From NCBI GenBank assembly GCA_003612585.1, contig RAZH01000003.1, forward strand, positions 70,968 through 102,967: DNA of 32,000 nucleotides, in the 5' to 3' direction. Of this stretch, positions 17,125 through 25,100 are shown piece by piece. Made by a program: the position numbers and the translations under genes. The notes beneath the pieces are model-generated. The model saw only the letters and a program-made list of their open reading frames with translations, was not told the origin of the DNA and searched no databases. Positions within the stretch are counted from its first letter, which is position 1. The number at the start of each line of letters is the position of its first letter. This DNA is from a bacterium 1XD42-54 (lineage in GTDB: Bacteria > Bacillota > Clostridia > Lachnospirales > Lachnospiraceae).

Positions 17125-17245
17125 TGTAATAAATTCAATATTAATTCTAATTTAAGTTGTCTGAAAACCGTAATTTATTGTTTGACAGCATTCTTTCTGT
17201 TTCAATCTACAACATTCTCTCAATTATAATGACTAAAGAAAATAT

Positions 17246-17968
17246 TTATTCTATTAAATTAGGATATCCTACATCTAAATCATATCCTGTACCATCTTCA
17301 TTTCGTTTTAATTCGTAATATTGAATATACTCGTTTGTCATGCTGTCCGCAAACCAGATAAAAAATGTGACTCTTTTTCCCATTTTGTATGTTTGAACAT
17401 TTAGTAATATTTCTTTTTTCTGATTTACTGTAAATACTTCTTTAAAGCTTATACCAGTTAAGTTTTCTCCCGTTCCAAAAGTTAAAGTGTTTGCAAATCC
17501 GTTTCCTATATTTGTAATAGATAAATATATAGGATAAAACTCTTGTGTAGCTTTTCCCTCTACATATTTTGGCTCATCTGCGATTTGAAATTTTTTTACA
17601 GTTCCAGATGGTTTTCCCACCACTTCTACATTAAGAAATGGCTGAATACTTTGTCTTTCCTTTTTTCTATCAGCTTCACGGGTAAACTGTATTGTATAAA
17701 AAACACCAAAAATTGCAATCGTTCCAGAAAATACACCACCAATGATGCCACCCCAGTACGATGCTAGCGACCCAATCCAAGTTGCGTTAGCATCATTATC
17801 AATGGATAATTTGCCTATACTACATCGTATCACCTCTTCACACTTCAAGGACAATAATACAAATAAAATAGCGATAATGATACCCATTAAAACTGGCTTT
17901 ATCCATTTTTTCTTTTTGCGTTTTAATTGATTCTTTCCAAATCGCGATATATCCATTTCATTTTTCAT
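17246..17968 (-). CDS. Unknown two-TM membrane protein with a C-terminal beta-rich soluble domain (low-GC cargo)
   Basis: 240 aa. Basic N-terminus (KRKKKKW), TM1 PVLMGIIIAILFVLLSL, TM2 WGGIIGGVFSGTIAIFGVFYTI, then about 135 aa with no recognisable family. Very AT-rich codons compared with the neighbouring genes. Confidence 0.75.
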   Translation of the reverse strand: MKNEMDISRFGKNQLKRKKKKWIKPVLMGIIIAILFVLLSLKCEEVIRCSIGKLSIDNDANATWIGSLASYWGGIIGGVFSGTIAIFGVFYTIQFTREADRKKERQSIQPFLNVEVVGKPSGTVKKFQIADEPKYVEGKATQEFYPIYLSITNIGNGFANTLTFGTGENLTGISFKEVFTVNQKKEILLNVQTYKMGKRVTFFIWFADSMTNEYIQYYELKRNEDGTGYDLDVGYPNLIE

Positions 17969-18041
17969 TTACTCAACCGCCTTTTCAAATGCCACCGTCT
18001 GCTCCTTCATAGAAATCTTCTTAATCAATTTTTACCGTTTA

Positions 18042-18557
18042 TTATTTTATCATTTTAATAATTTTCTCTGCGACACTATCTATATTCATATCTGATGTAT
18101 CTATTCTAACTGCATCAGAATAATGATTTTTCAAATATATAGTTGCAGTTTGAAAATACGTTTTTGCTAAATCCACATCTCTATTTTCTTGGTTTTCTAT
18201 ACGTTGATACAAAATCTTTTCTGATGCAGTTAAGATAAAATGATAGCATTCAACATCTACAAAAGTATTTACAAGTTTCTGATTACAATAATCATTAATC
18301 AATGCAATCGGAACAATTATATAATCATAATCTCCGCCTTGTATCAAAGTCAATATTTTATTTCTAAGTGCATCAATCAAATATCTTTTCGCTTCAGGAT
18401 ACCTTTCTCCAAAAAAATCAGAAATAGAATTTGGTTTATATTCCTTTTGCAAAGCATCAAACTCAAGTAAACACATATTATTAATTCTTTTAGCAATTAC
18501 ATTGGCAACAGCAGTCTTTCCACTCCCAAAAGTTCCATCTATCCATATTATTTTCAT
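18042..18557 (-). CDS. TmrB-like P-loop NTPase/kinase-fold protein (low-GC cargo)
   Basis: 171 aa with RBS AGGTGAG. MKIIWIDGTFGSGKT (Walker A), YIIVPIAL, HFILTASEKILYQRI and the C-terminal IDTSDMNIDSVAEKI are co-linear with my recollection of B. subtilis TmrB (MIIWINGAFGSGKT ... ILIVPMT ... HFTLMASKETLLKRL ... IQTDNLSIQDVAENI). Confidence 0.8.
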   Translation of the reverse strand: MKIIWIDGTFGSGKTAVANVIAKRINNMCLLEFDALQKEYKPNSISDFFGERYPEAKRYLIDALRNKILTLIQGGDYDYIIVPIALINDYCNQKLVNTFVDVECYHFILTASEKILYQRIENQENRDVDLAKTYFQTATIYLKNHYSDAVRIDTSDMNIDSVAEKIIKMIK

Positions 18558-18590
18558 ATTCTCACCTGCAACTTCTTATTTATTGCTCTT

Positions 18591-18619
18591 ATTGTACATC
18601 CAGATTATGAATTTTTCAA
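18591..18619 (-). promoter_or_regulatory. Candidate sigma-A promoter for the low-GC islet genes
   Basis: On the minus strand: TTGAAA (18619-18614), 17-nt spacer, TACAAT (18596-18591), about 35 nt upstream of ATG 18557. Confidence 0.45.
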
Positions 18620-18729
18620 GCCAGTCAAGCTATTGCATTTCTGCTCCATAGAAATATTATTCCTTTTAAGCTATATAAAAAGACGGCATCAACACTCACG
18701 CCAATACCGCCTTTTTCTCGGTCAGTCCG

Positions 18730-19059
18730 TTATAAAATCCCTGCCTTTTTCAGATACCCCACGCTGTCATAGCAGCCACGGAAGTAGACCGACTGCATCT
18801 CCATGTCTGTAAGTTTGTTCCTAAGCTCCATCACTTTAATCAGTGCGGCACATTCTTCCTCGGTCAGTTCCGCCGCTGTTTCCGTGTCAAACACGCCTAA
18901 GACTTTCGGATATTTCTTATACAATCCCTCAATCTCGGCTCTTATGGCACGGTATTCCTCGTTTTCTTTGGACAGCTTTGCTATGACAGAGCTGAGGTAT
19001 TCATTAAAGACATTGCTGTGGGCATCCACAAAAGTTTCAAATCTGAACGCATCAGACAT
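18730..19059 (-). CDS. Small conserved helical hypothetical protein
   Basis: 109 aa with RBS GGAGGTGAGGA. Helical composition and no catalytic motifs. A family name (possibly DUF6809-like) is only a weak recollection. Confidence 0.72.
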   Translation of the reverse strand: MSDAFRFETFVDAHSNVFNEYLSSVIAKLSKENEEYRAIRAEIEGLYKKYPKVLGVFDTETAAELTEEECAALIKVMELRNKLTDMEMQSVYFRGCYDSVGYLKKAGIL

Positions 19060-19137
19060 TCTTCCTCACCTCCAATTTTTTCTAATCGTCCTTATTATAA
19101 TACCCCAAAATCAGCAGTACAAATGTGCAAACTGGAT

Positions 19138-22100
19138 TTAACGCTCCCTATCTGTGCATTTTTTCTCTGGCTGCTCATCGTTCCGCTCTGGCTCATCGTC
19201 AATCACGGAGTTGTCTTTTTCATTCAGATTCAGTTCGATATTGAGTGCGTTGAGCCGTTCCGTCTTTTCTTTCAGTTCATTTTCAAAGGCAAACGGCTTC
19301 TTTACTTCCTCTTTTGCGGTTTCAAGCTGTGCGATGGTTTCCTCCTTTCTGGTCTTGGCAGCTTCCAGTCTTGCGGGGAGCTTGGCAATCTCATTCTCGA
19401 TTCGAGTAATGTTACCGAGAGCATCCGTTCCTAAATCTACCTTATATTTCCTCATTCCGCAAAGGTTCAGACAATAGTGTGCATTGACAGTATCATAGAA
19501 AACCTCCATTTGAAAGCCACGGTAGCTGCCGATTTGTATCGGCTGTGACAGCGGGTTTTCCTTGCAGATGGCAAGGAGCATCCCGCCTGCATCCGCTTTT
19601 TCTTTGTAGGTCACGCCGTTTAGGGTCATCGGGCAGAACTTGTCCTCGCCCTGCGGCATATGCCGGCTTGCAATCTTGGCATCATTCCCGTAGCCTATAA
19701 TGCGTTCCCCATACTCCTTAATCTCCTGCGGATAGTGCTTTAATATCCTGTCCTCAAGGTCATAATGCTCGGAAAGGTAGCTCTGCTTCAAGACTTTCAG
19801 CTTCGCCACCTGCATATCCAAATCCATTTTTTCCTTGAAACGCTCGTCGCCCGTAGCCAGCATTTTTACTTCCGCAAAAGAGAGGGCGACCTCGTCCATG
19901 TCCTCGGCAGAACGCACGGGGCTTTTGCTCGTCATTATCTGAGAAATAAATTTCTGCTTTCCCTCCACGAGCTGATAGAGGTACGCATCGAATGTTTGTT
20001 CCGTTACATAGCGGTAGACTTCGACTTCTGGAAACATATTTCCCTGGCGTTCCAGACGACCAAGCCTTTGCTCCAAGTCCGAGGGTCGCCAAGGGCAGTC
20101 GCAGTTGTGGATGGCAATCAACCTGTCCTGCACGTTTGTCCCTGCCCCCATCTTCGGGGTAGAGCCTAAGAGGACACGCACCTCGCCGCTCCTTACCTTT
20201 GCGAACAGCTCCCTTTTCTGTGCGTCAGTATTCGCTTCATGGATGAAACGCACCTGCTCCGCAGGGATTCCACGGGCTATGAGCTTCTCTCGGATGTCGT
20301 CATAAATATTAAAAGTGCCATCATTCTTCGGCGTTGAAAGGTCGGAGAAAACAAGCTGCGCCGCCTTTGTGTCGGCATGTTCCTCCCAGATGCGGTAAAT
20401 ATTGTCCACGCAGACGTTGACTTTGCTGTTCGGGTCGTCGGGCAGCATCGGGTCAATCAGCCGCTGGTCTAGGGCAAGCTGCCGCCCGTCGTTTGTCACT
20501 TTGAGCATGTTATCGAATTGTGGTTTTACCAGTCTTGCACGGATTTTCTCTGCCCGCTTCGCAAGCCCCGCCACCATTTCCGTCTGGATTTGGCTCGGCT
20601 TTGTCTTGATGTTGTGGTAATTGACCTTTGGCACGGGCAGCTTCAGCATATCAGCGGTCTGGAGGTCCGCAACCTCACGGAACATCTGCATCAGTTCTGG
20701 CAGGTTGTAGAACTTCGCAAACCTCGTCTTGGCTCGGTAATTCGTCCCCTCTGGGGCGAGTTCCAGAGCCGTGACCGTTTCGCCGAACGTGGAAGCCCAA
20801 CTGTCAAAATGCTGCAAGCCGTTCCTTGCGAGGGTGTCATACTGCAAGTACCTCTGTACGGAATACATCTCGACCATCGAGTTACTGATGGGAGTTCCCG
20901 TTGCGAAAACCACGCCACGGTTGCCCGTGATTTCGTCCAGATAGCGGCATTTCATAAAGAGGTCGGAGCTTTTCTGGGCTTCGGTCTGGGCGATGCCGCC
21001 CACGTTCCGCATCTTGGTGTAAAGATAAAGGTTCTTGTAAAAATGACTCTCATCTATAAAGAGCCTGTCTATGCCCAATTCCTCAAAGTTTATCACGCTG
21101 TCTTTCCGCTTGGTATCGTTGAGTTTATCGAGCTTCGCTTTAATCGCTTTCCTCGTTTTCATGAGCTGCTTGACCGTGAACTGCTCCCCGTGGGATGCCT
21201 GCACGTCATCTATCCCCATCTCTATATCATCAAGCTGGCGCATGAGCTGTTCCCTCTGGCGTTCTTCGCTGATGGGGATTTTCTCGAACTGACTATGCCC
21301 GATAATCACCGCATCATACGCCCCCGTCGCAATCCTGCCGCAGAACTTCTTGCGGTTTCCCGTTTCAAAATCCCGCTTGGTAGTCACAAGGATATTGGCA
21401 GATGGATAGAGCCTTAAATACTCCGATGCCCACTGCCCGACAAGGTGGTTCGGCACGACAAACATGGATTTCTGGCATAAGCCAAGCCGCTTGCTTTCCT
21501 GCGCTGCGGCGACCATTTCAAAGGTTTTCCCCGCCCCTACCTTGTGTGCAAGGAGCGTGTTGCCACCGTAAAGGATATGGGCAATCGCATTGACTTGGTG
21601 GGGTCTTAGCTGGATTTCTGGGCTGATGCCGCCAAATGTGATATGGCTTCCGTCATATTCACGGGGTCGGATAGAGTTAAATGTGTCATTGTAGTAGCGT
21701 ACAAGGCGGTTTCTGCGCTCTGGGTCTTTCCATATCCAGTCCTGAAACGTCTGCTTTATCACCTCCTGCTTTGCCTGCGCCGCCGTGGTTTCCTTATGGT
21801 TCAGCACCGCTTTCTTGTTGTTGTGTTCATCATAAACATAGTCAAAGATGCGGGTGTCACGGAGATTCAAAGTGTCCTCCATGATGCGGTATGCGCTCGC
21901 CCGCTTCGTGCCGTAAGTGCTGTCCGCCTTGACATTCCCAATGTCGGAACTCTTATTCTCAATGAACCAGTCGCCGTTATACGCCGTGTAACGGACTTTC
22001 AATCTGCCCGCCGCATAGCTTGACGGCGTTAAAAGCTCCACCATAAACTGCTGTATATCCTCCTGCGGTATCCACGTCGTACCCAGACGGACGGAGATTT

Positions 22101-25100
22101 CGCTTGCGGGCAAATCCTTTGGGATGACCTTTTCCAGAGCCTCCACGTTGGCTGCAAGCTCTGGGTCTGACTTCGCCGCTATCCCTGCGACTTTCAGTTT
22201 CTCCCGCACATTCCCCGATAAATACTCGTCTGCGGTCACATACCTTGCAGGTTCACAAGACGGCACTTTATAGATTACGCCCTGCAATTCCTTAATGATT
22301 TCTTCCTCCGACCTGCAGGTAAGCCGTGCCATATAGGATAAATCGACACGGGCTTTCTCCCCGATGGAGAGGGCAAGTGCTTCACTCGCCGTTTCCACAA
22401 AGGTCACTTCACGGTGGGGCTTTATCGTCCGCTTCGTGAACATATCCGCCTTGCGTTTGAATTTCCCCTCATCGTCAAGCACTTCCAGAGAACATAAAAG
22501 GAAGTAGCTCTCGTCTGCCGCAAAAGCGAGGTAGTTCCCCCTGCTGTTGATTAAGCCGTACTTTTTGGTAAAGGCATCGTATAATCGGTTTAGGTTTTCC
22601 TGCTCGGTCTGTATCATTTCCTCTGGGCAGTCGTCGGTCTGGTACTGGATGAGCTTCCTCACGCAGTCACGGATTTCCAACAGCCCCTTGATGCGGTTCT
22701 CCGCCGTCATGGACACGTATGCAGGGGTCATCCCGTTATTCTCTCGGAAATAGACCTTTCCTCCCACAAGGGCAAAAGAGAAGTTCCGCACGTTCGGGTC
22801 GGCGGGGATGGCTTTCTCCTGCTCATCGGAGATACGGTCAACCTCATTTTCAATCTCTGGGATTTCGCCGTTTATCCGCTGCATGGCTTCATGGAGAAGC
22901 CCCGCAAACGGCACGTCTGGGTAGGCTTTGCAAACGCTGTCCATGCCGAACCTTGTGCTTTCCATCCTCATCTCGCCAAGCACCATCTCTGGATGCTGGA
23001 CAAAATAGCTGTTCATCGTGACGCCGTTTTCATCCGTGTCAAGATTTATCCACTCTGGCTCAATATCCATGATGCGGTCACGTTTCTGTAAAATAAGGAT
23101 ATCGCTCGTGACCTCCGTGCCTGCGTTTGCCCGAAACGTGTTGTCTGGCAGACGGACAGCCCCTAAAAGCTCGGCTCTCTGTGCGATATACTTCCGCACG
23201 TCTGGGCTTGCCTTGTCCATCGTACCTTTAGAGGTGATGAACATCACAACGCCGCCTGCCCGCACCTTGTCCAGTGCCTTTGCAATAAAATAATCATGGA
23301 TTAAAAACTTCTGGGCGTTATAGCGGCTGTCGTTGACTTTGAACTCCCCGAACGGGATGTTGCCAAGCACCACGTCAAAATGGCTGTCTGGGAGCTTTGT
23401 TTCCTCAAACCCCTCAATGGCGATGCTGGCTTTCTGGTAGAGCTGCTTCGCAATCCTGCCCGATAACGGGTCAATCTCAATGCCGTGCAGCTTTGATTTC
23501 TCCATGCTGTCGGGCAGCAATCCTAAAAAATTGCCCGTACCGCAGGACGGCTCTAAAATGTTCCCCTGCGAAAATCCCAGACGGTCAAGTGCTTCATACA
23601 TTGCCTTAATGACAACAGGCGGCGTATAAAAAGCGGTCAGTGTGGATTCCATAGCGGCATGGTATTCTTCATCGGAGAGTGCTGCTTTTAATTCTTTATA
23701 TTCGTTCTCCCAAGCCGCATTGTTGCTGTCAAACGCCATCGACAGACCGCCCCACCCGACATACTTTGCAAGGGTTTCCTGTTCTTCGGGCGTGGCAAGG
23801 CGGTTTTCTATCTGAAGGTCATGGAGAAGCCTTATTGCGGACATGTTGTTGCGGAACTTTTCTTTTGCGCCGCCAACGCCTAAAGCATCGTCCGTAATGC
23901 GGTAGTTGCGGCGGTCGGCAGAGAGGGCAGGGGCGGACGGTTTCGCCGTAATAGGCGTTTCTATTGTCTGCCCATGCTCTGGCTCGTCAAATTTTATCTT
24001 CTCCACCACAATGTCATAAGGAAGCCCGTTCTCCACGGCGGGGTATTCCGCCACGGTTTCCGTGGTCACATCTGTGCGAGATTGTGTTTTTTCTTCGGTC
24101 TGTGGTTCTTTTTCTGCCTGCTCCAAGAGCCTGCGGACATAGCCGACTTTCTCCACACGGTTTATCGGGAAGCCTGCGTTGTTCTGAAACGTGATGTCAC
24201 GCATGGAAACATCGCCGCTGATTTTCCCGACGCTCTCTATCACATAGCGGCGGTTGTCAATCATAAGCTCTTTGCCGATAAGGTCAGAATTATCCTGCAT
24301 TCCATCTGTTCCAGTCTGGGCAGGCACTAATCTCTGCTGTCCCTCACGCTCTGCATCTTTCGCCGCAAAAAGTTTCGTGATATGCTCCGCATGATTTAAA
24401 GTGTCGGCGTATTCCTGCGCTTCTTCCTCGGTTTCAAAGGTCTGGTAGATGCCGCCTACGTCGTAATATCGGTCGGCACTGTCCTCTGTGGCTTCGTTAT
24501 TCCGTATGATAAACGAGTCGGCAAAGGCATCGGAAGTCTGCTCTACCGTGTAGTGCGGGGGTTGCTCTGTGGCATCAGAACTAATGTCTGGGCTTGGGTT
24601 TTCAGCCGCCTTTGTGTTTTCCTCCCGATAGAACGGCTCAAGCTGTTCCTCCGTCAAGGACACTAAATCGTGGTAATACAGATTGGAAAGTGCGTTCTGG
24701 ATAAGGTCGGCAAGGTCACTGTACTGCGTATATTTTGCAAGAACGCCGTCCACATAGGTTTCCATGCGGTACTGCAAGAGGTTGGCGGATGCCTGTATCC
24801 CGTGCAAGCCGTCCTCGGTATTTTTAAAGGCAATCTTGACGTTGGATAAATCCGTATAGTCCACTTCGGCGTCACCGCCAAACTCCGCATCGCAGTATGC
24901 GTCGATGCAGCCTTTCGCCTGTTCCAGTAGTTCTTCCTCGGCAGGTTCTTTCCTCCTGTGAAACCAGTCCTCCTCGGTAGCCATTATCTTGCCAAGCCGC
25001 TTCTCATCCTCTGGGGTCAGCTCGGTGTTCCGCTCCAAGAACGGGATAAACACGTCATGCCCCAGACGCAGGGATTCCATTTTCTCTCGGTAGTAATCTT

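Noticed and set aside
20518-21417. 299-aa plus-strand ORF inside the helicase region. Similar antisense ORFs occur at 12739-13290, 14668-15150 and 28717-29601.
   Set aside because: These are antisense shadow ORFs typical of GC-rich coding DNA. They have no RBS and low-complexity, His/Arg/Leu-biased translations, and each lies opposite a gene with clear catalytic motifs.
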